This document shows positions 1-14,139 of a DNA stretch of 64,000 bases, piece after piece. This DNA is from the human T2T-CHM13v2.0 reference genome, Homo sapiens, in the NCBI RefSeq assembly GCF_009914755.1, contig NC_060932.1, one strand, 5' to 3'. Under the pieces are notes generated by a model. The model did not search any database. It saw nothing but the letters and a program-made list of their open reading frames with translations, and was not told where the DNA came from. Both the position numbers and the translations under genes were made by a program. Position 1 is the first letter of the stretch, and each line of letters opens with the position of its first letter.

Positions 1-785
1 TCCCTCCCTCTCCTCTAACCCCTAGCAAACACTGATCTTTTACTGTCTTCATAGTTTTTTCTTTTCCAGAATGTCATAGAGTTGGAAATAGACAGTATGT
101 AACCTTTTCAGATGGGCTTTTTTCACTTAGTGATATGCATTTAATTTTCTTCCTTGTCTTTTTGTGGCATTATAACTCATTTCTTTTTAGCCCTGAATAA
201 CATTCCATTGTCTGAATGTACCATAGTTTATTCATTCACCTAATGAAGGACATCGCAGTTGCTTCCAAGTTTTGTCAGCTAGAAATAAAGCTACTGTAAA
301 CACTTGTGTGCAGGTTTTTGTATGGAGATGTTTTCAACTCATCCAGGTAAATAGCAAGGAGTACAGTTACTGGATTGTCTAGTAGAAGTATGTTTAGTTT
401 TATAAGAAACTGCCAAATGGTTCTCCAATTTGGCTGCACCATTTTGTACTCCCACCAGCAGGGAGGAGAGTTCCTGTTGCTCCATGTCCTCACCAGCGTT
501 TCATGCTGTCAGGGTCTAGCTTGTGGTCATCTGAGCAGGTGTGTGATGGTGTCTTCTTGATTTATTTTGCATTTCTTTGGTGAGAAGTGGTGTGGAGTGT
601 CTTTTCAGATGTTTGTTGCCCTCTACATATGTTCCTTGGTGAGGTGTCTCTTCAGATCTTTGTGTATTTTTTAATTGGATTGTTTTTCTTATTGTTGGGT
701 TTTAAGAGTTATTCATATATTTTGAATATCCACCTTTTATAAGATTTGTGTTTTACAAATATTTTCTCTCAGTCTATGCCTTGTC
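1..785 (-). mobile_element. Old LINE-1 fragment (L1MC-like; ORF2 3' end and 3' UTR), running off the window start
   Basis: Matches remembered L1MC antisense text (actgatcttttactgtc..ccagaatgtcata..gttggaa..cagtatgtaaccttttcagat). Minus ORF 275-493 (WWEYKMVQPNWRTIWQFL) resembles the L1 ORF2p C-terminal region. Confidence 0.85.
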
Positions 786-1039
786 TCAGTCTATTTTAAT
801 AGGAGTGTGTGTGCTGTTTTAAAATGTATTAGTGCCTTAAGTTCTTCTGCATTATTTTGTTTAAACTATTTTTCAAAAAAAATTAAAGTCAGATTAGCAG
901 CCTTTATTGGTTGCTTACTGAGAAACAGATGGTATCTTAAGAGCTCATGTGGCCCTATAAGCTCCCTTATTCTATGTTTTGTGGTTTCGTCATACAGCTA
1001 TGCTCCCCAACAAAGGAATAAGTTCTAATGGTCATGTGT

Positions 1040-1400
1040 TTATCTTAGGAACATTTATGGACTGTGAACGATGAATAGGAACTCTCCGAGGTGCTGGAGA
1101 CACAGAGACAATTAAAATATGATTCATAGATTGGACGAGGTTATAATCCAGTTGGGAGGACAGGCATGGACATAAATAGCAGCAATCCAAGGCCGATGAG
1201 AAGTGTCTGCAAGATGAGCCCAGAGCAATGGGGCAGAGGAGAGAAAATTAGCTCAATTTGGGTCTGAAACGTCAGTGAGGATTTCACAGGAGAGCAGCTT
1301 TTGATTGGACGTGGCAGGCAGCTGGGGCCGCACGGCCCTGTGAGGGCACAGGCTGGTTAAGTGGCAGTGTAACAGTGCTGGAATGCACTCCTCTCTAACG
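1040..1400 (-). mobile_element. Probable degraded L2 fragment
   Basis: aacatttat..gaggtgctggagacacagag..ataatccagttgggagga-type text resembles the antisense L2 3' region; highly diverged. Confidence 0.4.
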
Positions 1401-1876
1401 TGGGTCCTGGTGACTGTTGTTATTCTGCTTCTAGAGATGAGGAAGTGGAGGCTTCTGAAAGAGGAGTGGGTTAAGGGCATGGGTTTTGTCCTCAAGCGTA
1501 TGATGGGGGGCCTGGCACGGGCCTGCTTCCCCAGCCTCCCAGCCATGTGGCCGTGCTGCAGGTTCGCTGGGGGGTTGCAGTGGCCACTGAGCAGGTGCGG
1601 AGCTCCACATTAGAACTACTTGCATTTTTATTTTCCACAAAACACTGAGCTTGCTGTCAGGCACTCAGCAGGCACTTGGTAGAGTCTCCAGGGTGTGATG
1701 CGGGCGCCACCCCCGCCCCGCCGCCCGCGTGCTGCTGTGCTCTCCTCCGGGGGGCCGGCCTTTCCTCAAGTGCCTTGTTAATGCTCCTGCAGCTGCCGTC
1801 TCTTTAGTGCCCTCACAGAGGTGTGCGTTACGAAGGGATGCTCGTCACACTTAGAAAATCGCCATCAGCCTGTGCA

Positions 1877-2072
1877 CTCTGTGCTCACACGTCTGAAGTG
1901 GGGCGGGAAAGCTGCAGGGATGCAGAGCTCCTAGTTTTGTGTAAGGGACTCATCAGGCGGAATAGGGACCTGGCCTCTGTGCTCGCACGTCTGAAGTGGG
2001 GTGGGAAAGCTGCAGGGACACAGAGCTCCTAGTTTTGAGTAAGGGACTCATCAGGCGGAACAGGGACCTGGG
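1877..2072. repeat. Two-copy tandem duplication, 98-bp period
   Basis: ctctgtgctc(a/g)cacgtctgaagtgggg..gctgcaggga..cagagctcctagttttg..taagggactcatcaggcggaa..agggacctgg starts at 1877 and 1975. Confidence 0.9.
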
Positions 2073-2579
2073 CCCTGCGCTCTGTCCTTCGTGCTGAACG
2101 CAGTAGTTACTCGGTAAAGGGCTGTTGAACAGGTGCTTGTTCAGCTCATGCATCTGGATCCTAGTGGCTGTCTCTGTTCCAGTTGTGAGTCCTGTGCACT
2201 AATATATTTAAATCCTTAAGTGTTGAAATTATACTAGGTCAGATCCACTCACTCAGCGCTCTGAGGAGTTGTCCAGGCTACTTTCTCATACTGGACATTT
2301 ACTGTATTAAATATTGGTTTAAAGGAATATATTGCCTGGAATTCTACATATCTAGCACTAAAATATTTTTGAAAATGGAGAAGCCATCGATATCTTGATA
2401 GTTTAACAATACAAAATTATATGCATATTACCTCATTAGCATACACATATATTGTGTTTGGTATATTAAATTTAAAATAAGATTTTATTGAGGTGATGAT
2501 TATAAAACCTTATTAAATTTGTGTTAATTTGTTCCATCATTTTTTACAATTGAAATAATGCTGAACGTGCCACCTTTCT

Positions 2580-2742
2580 TACTGTTTTCTCGTTTCTGAA
2601 ATAATAATGATATTAATAATAACAATAACACATATCTCACCGGGTTAAAGGCAGTATTAAAAGTGTTAATCTATAGGAACTACTTACAGGTTCCTGCACT
2701 TAGTAAAAACTCAATAAAAATTCATTCTTAGCTATTACTATT
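2580..2742 (+). mobile_element. MIR SINE fragment (core and 3' end)
   Basis: ttttctcgtttctgaaat..atctcaccgggtt..gcacttagtaaaaactcaataaaa..ttagctattactatt follows the MIR 3' consensus. Confidence 0.6.
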
Positions 2743-2792
2743 TGTGTTGCTAAATTTCTGGTTAATAATAAGATACATAAGAAAGGTTTTAA

Positions 2793-3086
<294 letters not shown>

Positions 3087-5662
3087 AGTTTTGAGAAAAA
3101 ATATTCAAGATTGTGTTCCTTTTCTTATTAATTCCATTCTGTTCTTTCATGATTTATTGAGTCTTTCCTATAGGCAGGGCACCCAAAGTTCACCCAGGAT
3201 ACTAGGAACTTTGAGAATTTAAAACACTCTCACATGTTCTGAACTTAATTTCACCCACAGCGACAAAGAAGAAAAGAATGTCAAGCAGGCATATTCCATC
3301 TCCAGCAGCGAGTGGATGCCGACGCTGCGGCTGCTCCTACCCCTGGCCACTTACTCCCCAATCAGGATGCCAGGAAAATGCCCCCTAAGTTCTAGATTAA
3401 ATCAGAAGGGGAGATCTCCAAGAAAAGAAGACAGCGAAACTGTCTTTTCCCTGTTCTGAAAATGGCAGAGCCCGCTCTGTGCAGGAAGAAATGCACCTGG
3501 CAGTGGCGAGTCGTGTGATGTCTGCCCTACATGTAATATCTTCCTCTGTTTTGAGGCTGTGTGCAGTTTACATAGACACCTTCCTGTTACCTAAAGAACA
3601 TCTCTGTCTGTCTGGATCCATCTCTTGTCGATCTAGAACTCGAGTGGCAGGTGGAAAACCATCCCCCAGTGTGTTGTGTTTGTAATTTGAAAATTGTTTT
3701 CAAGAAATTTTTGCAAAAACAGGAAAAATCTTTTACACATTGATTTTTTATCTCTCTTATTTTACCCCGTTGAGTCTTCCCATTTCTACGTTTTCTTTAT
3801 TTTTAAAAAAATCACCTTTTCAAAATATTGTCTGGATCTAGCTAAGGGTGGGGGCAGCCAACACGGGATACTAATGGAGAAAATCTTCTGTCCACATTGG
3901 GGGTGCCGCGGCTCTCAGAGGAAACTGATAGCAAACTCATGCACAATTAAACTCAGAAGGAGAGGCACACGCCTCGGAACACACATGTCAAAGAACCCAC
4001 ATTTGGTGCGAGCAGGGCTGGGCATGGTGGTGGCTCCACGCTGTGTCAATCATCTGCCTCCATCCAGGGCTCCTCCTGGAGAAAGATGAGAAGGGCTTAT
4101 TTGAGGACTGCTGGGAGATCAGAGGTATTCATCACACAGGAAGAGGGTGTGCACTCTTTTCTTTGTTAAAAATTTTATCTAGATTGAAAAACCTGGTAGG
4201 AACAAAACACTACTTTGTGGAGAGAATCAGTGGTGACTAATTTGGTTTGGGAAAGTAGAATTCAAGATAGGCTATTTCCGAAACCATTTAAAATGAGGAT
4301 GGGAAAATTAAGGTATTATTTCCTAGTTTTATTCAACTTTTGGGGGAATAGTTTACAAAACTTCTTTTTAGAAGGGATCTGTTATGAAATTATAGTATGT
4401 TGAAATGTTAAAATACGTGTCAAACTTTATTAAAAAGGAAGAAGATATATATGGACCACAGTTAATTACTTAGTTATAAGAGTCCATGCTGAGTTTGCTG
4501 TCAGTCAAGCCAACAAGAGACGTGATCAGTTACACAGTTATCTGTGTGTGAGAGAGGAGTATTTTTTCTTCAACAGAGGCCAGTTTTGGAGAGGAATATC
4601 GTAAATTTTGAAAGGAATTTTTCACGTGGATCCTCTACAGGGGCATCGCGTAACACAAATGTCAGCTCTCCAGCAAGGGCAGGGCATCGTCTCACAGCCC
4701 CGGTTCCTAGTGACCAAGGCCAAGCGTGGGACATGAGCTTTGCTTTTTAATTCTTCACGGGCTGAAGGCAGAGCCCCAGCCTTTCGGAGAGGCAGGGGAG
4801 AAGAGTAGCCATTCTCTGTTTCTAAATCTTCCTTTCTTGATTTTAGGAAGTAACCAGATCTTACGGGGGGTTTGAAGTCATTTTAACTTTTATGACGTTC
4901 GAGTTTGTGTTGACCTTTTAGTGCCCAAATTTATGCTCTTGAGCATTTTGAGCTGAGCTTATTCATTCCACACAGTATACATTTATAAATATTTTAAGTA
5001 TGAATTTAGTAACAACCTTTTCCCTCATAATTATGCTAACTGATGTAGTGAAATGTTGAGAGAATCAGATATTAATGGTTGGCTGAGCTGGGGCAATTAG
5101 GTGGCATTTATGAGTCTTTTGTTATGGCACACGGTTCCAAAGTAGATCATTTGAAAGCATTAATTTCATGTGCAAGCGCCAGTACACGATTCAGCAATTA
5201 CAACGAGTTATATAAGTTAGATATCAAAACTATGAATGTACCTTAATGAAAAAAGAGTCTTATTTTGCACCACAATGAATTTTTTCTTAATATAGAAAGT
5301 GACTCATGTGTCTAAGTGGCTAATAAAGAACTGTGTTCGTGTTCCTAGCAAAATGCAAAATCATAACTTTTTAAAAAATTGGTGCATTTTATTTTATATA
5401 AATTGTGCCTCAAAATAAGATAGGACCCTGTGATTGTAAGCTCCTGATAGGCATATGTCCCTGTGTGATTAACACACAAACTTTTATTTTATCTCATTGT
5501 TTGGTCACATTTTATTATTTGTATGTACTCTTAACTCAATTATATATTTTAAAGCATTTAAATTTATTTTGTTTAATATCAGTAAGTCTTTTATAGTGAA
5601 GTTAAGATTCTTCAAAAGGTCTAGTCTGTCAAACTACCAAGAAGCAGTGCTCAGTCCTTGTG

Positions 5663-7890
5663 TTTTTTAAAATGTATTCATTATGTATTTATCATGTTAT
5701 ATTGATAAATTATAGTTGCATACTTTATGGGACATAAACTGGTGCTATGATTTATGAATCCAGCATAGAACAATTAAGCTAATTAACATATCCATTACCT
5801 CACATATTTAACATTTTTTGTGATGAGAACATTAGAAATTTACTCTTGGCAATATTTAAATGTAAAATACTCAATAATTAGCTGTACTCAGCATGCCGTG
5901 CTATTGATCTAGAGACAGACTTGCCCTCCTGTCCGAGGCTTTGTACCCTCTGGGCACCATTTCTCCCTCCCCACATCCCCCAGCCTCGGGTGACCACCCT
6001 TCTCCTCACTGCTTCTGTGCTTTCAGTAGTTTTAGGCTCCACGTTTAAGTGAGAACATTCAGTATTTGTCTTTCTGTGCCTGGCTTCTTTCAGTTAGCGT
6101 GATATCCTCCCATTCCATGCATGTTTTCAGAAATGACAGACATTCTTTCCTTCTTTTGAGGCTGAATATTGTTCCATTGTGTGCGTACACCACACTTCCT
6201 TTATTCGTTGCTCCCTTGATGGACACAGGTTGATTCCATGTCTTGGACATTGTGAATGGAGCTTCAGTGACCATGGGAGTGCAGGCATCTCCACATGCTG
6301 ATTTCAGATCTGTTTCTGAGTAAACACCCAGAAGTGGGACTGCTGGATCATTCTCTTTTTAATTCCTGAGACACCTTCGTACTGTTCTCCAGAGTGACTG
6401 TGCTAATTTACATTCCCACTAACAGCGAACAGGGTTCCCATTTCTCCACATCAAAAACTCTTGGTATCTTTTGTCTTTTGGATAATAGCCATTCAAACAA
6501 GTGTGAGCTGATATGTGATTTGATATTGACTGGCATCTCCCTGTGATTAGTGATGCTGAGCTTTCCTACATGTGCCTGTTGGCCATTCAAGTGCCTTCTT
6601 TTGAGAAATGTGTGTTCAGGTACCTTGCCCATTTCTTAATTGGATAATTTCTTTTCTTTCTATAGAGTTGTTTGAGTTCTTACATATTTTGGATATTAAT
6701 CCCTTATCAGATGTATGGCTTGCAAATATTTTCTCCTAACCTGTAGGCTATTTCTTTACCTCATTGATTCTTTGTTGGGCAGAAGCCTTCTATTTGGATA
6801 CAGTCTTATTTCTCTGTCTATGCTTTTGTTACCTGCGCTTTTGGAATTAAATCAACCAGCATCACCCAGACCAATATTATGTAGTCTTTTCCCCCTAAGT
6901 TTTCCTCTAGTAGTTTTGCAGTTTCAGTTCTGATGTGTAAATCTTTGATTATTATTAAAGAGACTGTGCTTTTCCCGTGTGTATTCTCAGCGCCTTTATT
7001 GAAGATCAAGCTGTGCATGTGTGGGTTCGTTTCTGGGCTCTCTGTTCTGTTCCATTCGTTGATGTGCATATTTTTATGCCTGTGTGATGCTTTTGTAATT
7101 ACTGCCACTTTGTAGTATAGATTGAAATCAGGCAATGTGATTCCTCTAGCTTTGCTACTTTTGCTTATGATTTTCTTATATATTTGAGGTTTTTTGTGGT
7201 TCCATATGAGTTTTAGAATTGTTTTTTCTGTATCTACAAGGAATGACATTGGTGTTTTAATAGTGCTTGTACTGAATCTGCACATCCCTTTGGGTATGAT
7301 GGACAATTAAAAATATTATTTCAATCCATGAACACAGAACATCCTTCTATTTATTTGTATCTTCAGTTGTCTTTCATTAAAGTTTTCTAGTTTTTAGTTA
7401 TGGTTCTTTTACCTCCTTGGTTAAATTTATGCCTAAGTATTTTATTTTTATTTTTTGTTGCCATTGTTAATGGGATTGTTCTCTTGATTTCTTTTTTAGA
7501 AAGTTTATTGTTAGTGTAGAGAAACACTAATGACTTTGGCATGTTGATTTTATATCCTGCCATTTTACCACATTTGTTTATTGGTTTTAACAGTTTTTGG
7601 TGGAGTTTGTAGGGTTTTCTATATATAATATGGTGTCATCTGCAAACAGGAACAATTTAACTTCTTTCCAATTTGTATGTTTTTCATTTTTTTCTGCTGT
7701 CCAATTGCCCAGCATAGGACTTCTAGTACTATATCGAATAGAAGTGGTAAGAGTGGGCATTTTTGTCTTGTTTTGGGTGTCAGAGAAAAAGCTTTCAACT
7801 TTTCTACATTGAGAGTATGATGTTTGTTGTGGGTTTGTCATATATGGCCTTTGTTGTATTGAGGTACATTCATTCTATATCTAATTTGTT
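5663..7890 (-). mobile_element. LINE-1 (L1MA-like), 3' UTR plus the 3' half of ORF2
   Basis: T-rich tail near 5663 and L1MA-type 3' UTR. Minus ORFs 6818-7306 (KTILKLIWNHKKPQI..GITLPDFNLYYK) and 7587-7841 ([18 protein letters not shown], the RT FADD motif) are ORF2p remnants. Confidence 0.93.
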
Positions 7891-8690
7891 TCTAATCAAA
7901 ACACATAGAGTGAATATGTGTATAAAAAGATAAGACCCAACTATATGCTGCCCACAAGAGGTTCACTTCATTTTGAAGGACACACAGCCTGAGAGTGATG
8001 GAAAAAGATATTCCATGCAAATGGAAGTCAAAAGAGAGGAAGAGTAGTTACATGAGACAAAATAGACTTAAAGTCAAAAGCTGTAAAAAGAAATGAAGAA
8101 GGACATTATATAATGATAAAGGGGTTAATTCATCCAGAATATGTAACAATGATAAATATATGTGCGCCCAACAATGGAGCACCTAAATATATAAAGTAAA
8201 TGTGAAAAGGATCTAAAGGTAGAGATAGGCTATGATGCAGCAATCATAGGGCACTTTAATATACCACTTTCAATAATGGAAAGATCATACAGACAGAAAA
8301 TTAATAAGAAAACATTGGACTTGAACAACAATTTAGACCAAATGGACCTAATAAATACAGAACATTGCCAAAAACAGCTAAAGGATACACAGTCTTCTCA
8401 AGCACACGTGGAACATTCCTCAGGGTAGATCATTTGTTAGGCCAAAAGACAAATCTTAGCAAATTTAAGAAGATTGAAATCATATCAAGTATCTTTTCTG
8501 ACCACAATGATATGAAACTAGAAATTAACATGAGGAAGTTCAGAAAATTCATAAATAGATAAAAAAGTTAAACAATGTGCAGAAAAGAGAAATTAATGAA
8601 TATCTTGAGATAAACAAAAATGGAAACATCATGCGTACGGAAACATATGAGATGCAGCAAAAGCAATTTTAAGAGGAAAGTTTAGCAATA
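7891..8690 (+). mobile_element. Inverted LINE-1 segment: ORF2 endonuclease region
   Basis: Plus-strand L1 EN text (aagacccaactatatgctgc..gaaggacattatataatgataaagggg..gcgcccaacaatggagcacc). ORF 8365-8562 contains RVDHLLG..IEIISSIFSDHN (EN SDH motif). Abuts the minus-strand L1. Confidence 0.9.
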
Positions 8691-9099
8691 TCATAACATT
8701 CTGAAGTCTTTCCTCTCTGTCTCAATAAACATGATTTTAGTATGCCCAGACTCTTTCCCTTCATCCGCTGTGTCCTCCAGCTCACTTGAAGTCTTTTCAT
8801 TCTTTGCCTCTCCAGTTCAGAGTGTTGTCTATGCCTGGCTGTGTTCCTCACTCCAGCTCCTTTCTCAAGGCTGTGAGCAGCATCAAATTGTGTGTGACTC
8901 TTGCAGTATTTGGCAGGATGATTTGTAATCTCAGACATTTTGTTTAGTTGTCAGTGAACCACATGTGTGACTCCTCTTTCTCTCTCTCTCTTTTTTTTTT
9001 TTCATGTTCTCTCTGTGCCATCTTCATCTTCTAGGCTGTCTCCTTTGGCTGTTTCATCTGATCTTATTTCTCCAATTGTCACATCAACATCTTTGATTC

Positions 9100-9420
9100 C
9101 CTGGAGCTAAATGGTAGTCTTGATGCATCTCCAAATTGTCAGAGCCTCCTTCCAAAATCTACTGGACATTCTCACCTTGATGATTGGTTATCACTAACAA
9201 CCCATGTCAAAACAGAATCCATTTTACTGTCTCCTGACCCTCCTGCTCCCTCTGTCCTTTCTCTTCATGGGCTTGCCATCAGCACACAGTGCAAAGCTCT
9301 GGATCCTTCTGCCTCCTCCCTGTCTCCACATCCATGTCACCAGGTCCCCACCCTGGCACAGTCCGCCCTCAGGGCACAATGTCAGTGCCAGTTCCTGGGC
9401 TATGTGGCGTCCTTATCCAT
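9100..9420 (+). mobile_element. Probable degraded L2 fragment
   Basis: ccaaaatctactggacattctcaccttgatg..acccatgtcaaaacagaatcc resembles L2 (gacatctccacttggatg..aacatgtccaaaactgaactc). Confidence 0.4.
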
Positions 9421-10071
9421 CCTGGATAGAGCTGCACTTCACTGCGTCACAGCTCTGGGTCCCTTCCCGTCTGGCTCTGCCTTCACACCACTGCCAAAAT
9501 GGATTTCTCCAGCTGGGCTTGGCCCCACAGGGGATGTCTGCTTTGAGAGCTTTGCTTGTTCCACGTCACCAAGGCGGCTGCTGGTCCACCTTCCAGACGA
9601 CTTCCCATCCCCTAAATGGGCCCTGCAATTTCTGCACTAGTCCTGGTAGCCAATATTCATTGCTTCTCCTTGGACCTCTGTGGCGTTTCATTAATGGACT
9701 TTAGAGCTACCATGAAGAGTTGTTCCATATCCGTCTGTCTGTGGCGGGGAGGTGTGGGACAGGGCACCAAGGGCCTGGTGGGGACTGGGTGACACAGGAC
9801 TTTCTAAGCAAGGTGAAAAGCTTTTCTCCTCCTCATCTGCGTGCTGTTGGCTGATTTCCATCTTCTATGGCAGTTGACCAGTAACACTGCCGGAAATTCA
9901 GAAAACAGCTGAATTTTAGTCTTTCTCTGTCTGTTTTTCATGCCCTTGAGATGGGATAAAGCTGTCAAATCTCTGACATGTGGTGCATCATCAGAGATTG
10001 TAGGAAATTTAGCTGTGGCTTCTTCCAGGGTCTCCGAAAGGCAAACAGGCAGAAGAACGTTACTTGCTCCC

Positions 10072-10585
10072 ACCACCCCACTCTCTCCACCCCTCATGCA
10101 GCAGGCTATGCAATTCTCACTCCCCAGTCTCATTCTCTCCACCCCTCATCCAGCAGGCTATGCAATTCTCACTCTCCCCACCCTACTCTCTCCACCCCTC
10201 ATCCAGCAGGCTATGCAATTCTCACTCCCCCCACCCCACTCTCTCCACCCCTCATCCAGCAGGCTATGCCGTTCTCGCTCCCCCCGCCTCACTCTCTCCA
10301 CCCCTCATCCAGCAGGCTATGCCATTCTCGCTCCCCGGCCTCACTCTCTCCACCCCTCATCCAGCAGGCTATGCCATTCTCGCTTCCCGGCCTCACTCTC
10401 TCCACCCCTCATCCAGCAGGCTATGCCATTCTTGCTCCCCGGCCTCACTCTCTCCACCCCTCGTCCAGCAGGCTATGCAATTCTTGCTCCCCGGCCTCAC
10501 TCTCTCCACCCCTCATCCAGCAGGCTATGCAATTCTCGCTCCCCGGCCTCACTCTCTCCACCCCTCATCCAGCAGGCTATGCAAT
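10072..10585. repeat. Minisatellite, ~52-bp unit, ~10 copies
   Basis: Unit cctcactctctccacccctcatccagcaggctatgc(a/c)attctcgctccccgg; exact 52-bp period at 10391/10443/10495/10547. Produces ORFs 9940-10599, 9978-10712 and 10064-10765. Confidence 0.97.
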
Positions 10586-11352
10586 TGCTCTGGCCATAGT
10601 AGCTGCTGCAAAAGTAAAAATGAAAGTAACAAATCTCTTAGGCCTGCACAGGCTTTCTCCGGACATGGTCTATTGGTCTGTATATGTCGGCCTGAGTGGC
10701 ACCACAATATGAAAACAAATGTCTTACTTTCCCTTTTGACACCAGCCAGCCGTTTGTCCCCCTGAGGCATGCTGCCCTCACTCATAACCGTGGGCTGGTG
10801 AGACTCCATCGCCTTCCTCCAGCATCAGGGGCCTGAATGGGCCCAGAGTCAGCTCCGTCTGTCCCCCAGGGTCTCTCCTGCTGCCCCAGGCCTTCAGCAA
10901 CATCTCTGTCTCTGCAGAGACTGGCACCCTCCCTCCTTGCCATGCAGGCTGAGAGCACTGAGGCCCACTGCTCAGAGTTGGGTTGGAAGTAGCTGTTTTG
11001 CAAATGTGCTGAAAAATGATAGGTTCATATTGATTTTCAGGCCAAGGAATGCTGTTCTTATAAATGCTGTGTTCATGATTTTATCATTTATCATGGCAGT
11101 TTAAAGGATATTTTTAAAAGGAGGGGTGTTTTCCTCTGGAGGACATTAAAGGACATTCCTACAACATATCCATCCATTCTTTCGCTTTTGTATGGATTCC
11201 ACATTGTGATCAGACCTGATTGTTTGGGAGACACTCGGGGGTTGGAGACACATGTGACAGTTTCTTGCCAAAGAGCTGCAGCTCTGAGCTGTGCAAATCC
11301 ACTGCTTGGGATGAAGTCCGTGACTTTACTGGAAGAAGTGACTTGGGGGGCT

Positions 11353-11682
11353 GTGGAAACTCACACCCTGAGGACCTGTTTCCTGTTTGCACTCTGGAGC
11401 CCTCCTGGCCAGACAGGGGTGGAAACTCATACCCCGAGGACCTGCTGCCTGTCTGCACTCTGGAGCCCTCCTGGCCAGACAGGGGTGGAAACTCACACCC
11501 CGAGGACCTGCTGCCTGTCTGCCCTCTGGAGCCCTCCTGGTCAGGCAGGGGTGGAAACTCACACACCGAGGACCTGCTCCATGTCTGCCCTCTGGGGCCC
11601 TCCTGGCCAGGCAGGGGTGGAAACTCACACCCCGAGGACCTGCTCCATGTCTGCACTCTGGGGCCCTCCTGGCCAGGCAGGG
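11353..11682. repeat. Minisatellite, 66-bp unit, 5 copies
   Basis: gtggaaactcacaccccgaggacctgct..tgtctgc(a/c)ctctgg(a/g)gccctcctggccag(a/g)cagg starts at 11353, 11419, 11485, 11551, 11617. Confidence 0.97.
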
Positions 11683-14139
11683 CAGGCTCTTGGGCTCCTT
11701 AGCTTTTGACCACGACAGGGTTCGCCTGTGCCAGCTACCAGCACAGGCATGTGCACAGATGCCTGAGGCAGTCCAGAAATTCAGGGCCTGAGTGGGAGGT
11801 TTGAGAATCCACAGGGGGTTTGTCCTGTGGGGAGAGTGGCAGCCCCCTGAGTGGGGAGGTTGGGGGTCTTGCCTCTTGCTGACTGAGCCCTGAGGGGCCT
11901 CCAGAGGCTGCTGTGCAGGTGGAAGGCAGTACGCTGTGTGGACGTCTGCTGACTCCAGGGCACCCTGGGGTTTGTTTTCTGTTTCCAAGTTTTTATCCTG
12001 CATAGGTTGTTGTTGTTGTTATTATTATTATTTAGTACAAAAGCTGAATGTAGGGAAAATTCTTTTCATCGAGGACTCTTATTGATGGAGATTTTGTCCA
12101 AAAGTCTGTTTAGACTCACATGAAAATCATTTTCTATAATTTCTATGATTTCAGTTTAAACTTAGTATTCCAGTGGCTTGGAGTACTTAGCTATACTGAT
12201 TACTTTGGAAGAACATCTTCCATTCTTTGGAATTCTAACCTCATCAGAACGTTAACTTCAGCTTGAGGGACGTGGTGTTTGTCAGTCTTCACTCTGGGTC
12301 TGAAAGGCAGTCTTGCCCCGTCTGCGCACAGGGCTCCGGGCAGCCTGCAGCGCCCAGACCCATCTCGAGCAGTGGAGAGCCAGAAGCACACAGCCCACCC
12401 CGGTTCTCTCTGGGAGCCTGTGCATCTCTTCCTGGTCATGTAAACGTCACTTCGTGAAGTACTGGAAGCACCCGGTCAGTCCCACTGGGCCACTGAAATT
12501 CCAGAGCGGATACTCGAAGGTGAGGCCTGTGAGGATTAAATCTGCCGGCACCTTGTCTGTAAAAACTGTACAAAAATGTTCAGAAGCGTCTGCTGAGCAT
12601 TGGGTTGGCGAAGGACATGGGGGAGGCCAGTGTTTCGCGGCCTCAGTGGATTCCTTTTCTCAGTCTAGTAAGACGCTAACTATTAAAAACATCTACTTAA
12701 TAAAGTTACAAAGAGAAATGGAACATCGTCTTCATTCCACCATCCAGATGGCTGGTATTTTGCTGTGTTGCCTTCCTGCGCCCACCTATGTGTGTGCACA
12801 CACCTGTAGTGCTTTTCAGCCAAGAGCCCGCAGTGATGCCATATCATTCGGCAGGTCCCTCCGGCTGTCATTATCTCTGTGTTAAATGGAGACCTGCATC
12901 ATGATGCCGGATGCTATGGAGAGATCATGAGTTGGTGAAGCAGTTCTTGTGGGTGGACGTCTGGGTTGTTGACGTTGCGTGTCTCCCGTGGAAGCTGCAG
13001 CTCTGGCCCTGAGTCTCCTCCATGGCCCCCGACCCTCTCCCCACTCCTACCCCTCCGCAGCCCCTGTAATTCCTGCCCTCGCCATCCCCACACCTGCCTT
13101 CCCCCTTTTCCCTCTTTCGCTCGTTCTGCTTTTCCTCTTCTCTAACGCACAGCTCCCCACATCCCAGGCTGGGGTGTAGCGGCCCAGCCTCTGGGAGTTC
13201 CATGTCGTCTGCCACTTCTGCCCCACGTTTTATTTTCTGATTGTTCAGTAGTGACAATGGAACAAAACACAGCGTCAGAGAGCAGCGTGTTTGAACTGCA
13301 CTCCAGCCGTGCAGCCTCTCCTGCGTGTCTCCTCTCCATGTTTTGGGGACTCTCATGGGAGCGGCCGGTGTCTGCCCCTTCATACCCAGAACAGGCTCTG
13401 TCCTCGCCTGCCTGGCTCAAGTCCTGGGTGCAGCTGGCCTCACAGGTCAGCGCTGGGCAGTCACACAGTCCCCAGAATCAGTTTAAGTCCCTGCTGTCTT
13501 CACAATTTTCCAACTCAGAGCCTGGCATTTCCACTGTGCCGGGCTGGCACCTCCACAGCCCTCTGCTGATGTGCAATATGTGTGCTTGGTGGCCACGTGG
13601 ATGCGTAGGGTCCGCCTGGCACCTTGAGGCCTCTTATAGCCTTTGCCGTCAGCGATCCCGGGGCTGGCTTGCCTGTGGTTGGACTTCGCACTTTCCCCTT
13701 CCTCTTTGCCCCGTGGTTCCTGCAGAGGATTTCAGGGGTAGGCATGCAGGGAGCATGAGGGCCCTGGGTCTGGGGTCTCCTGGCAGGAAGAGGGGGCTGT
13801 GGCCGGCTCTGTGGCATCCACAGGTGGACCCACTTCAGAGGAGTCACATGCCTCTCCAGGGACAGAGCCTTCAAGGCTGCAGACATTGATTGGATCTTGT
13901 AATTACAGTCACACTGTCTCGTGCTGAGGTTTCAGGGTTGGTTCTGCAGAATCCTGAAGCCAGAGAGGAACCTGAGGTCCCGACTTGGCCTGGGAGCCCA
14001 GATGTGGCTCTCCCAGCAACACAGATGGTGTGGGGGACCCTCCCATGGAGGGCAGAATCCAGCCACAGGGACGGATTCCTGGAAGGCCAGGAGTGTGGAC
14101 CGGGGCCTCATAACTGGGTTCAGCCCAGATCAGCCACTT

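Noticed and set aside
1700-1760. GC-rich patch as a promoter or CTCF site
   Set aside because: It is only ~60 bp, is not a CpG island, and matches the CTCF core poorly.
9940-12003. Overlapping 130-245 aa ORFs
   Set aside because: They are produced by the 52-bp and 66-bp arrays being stop-free in several frames at once.
13251-13889. 212-aa ORF in non-tandem GC-rich sequence
   Set aside because: No recognisable homology; composition (Trp/Cys/Ser/Pro-rich) is typical of chance ORFs; no supporting exon structure seen.
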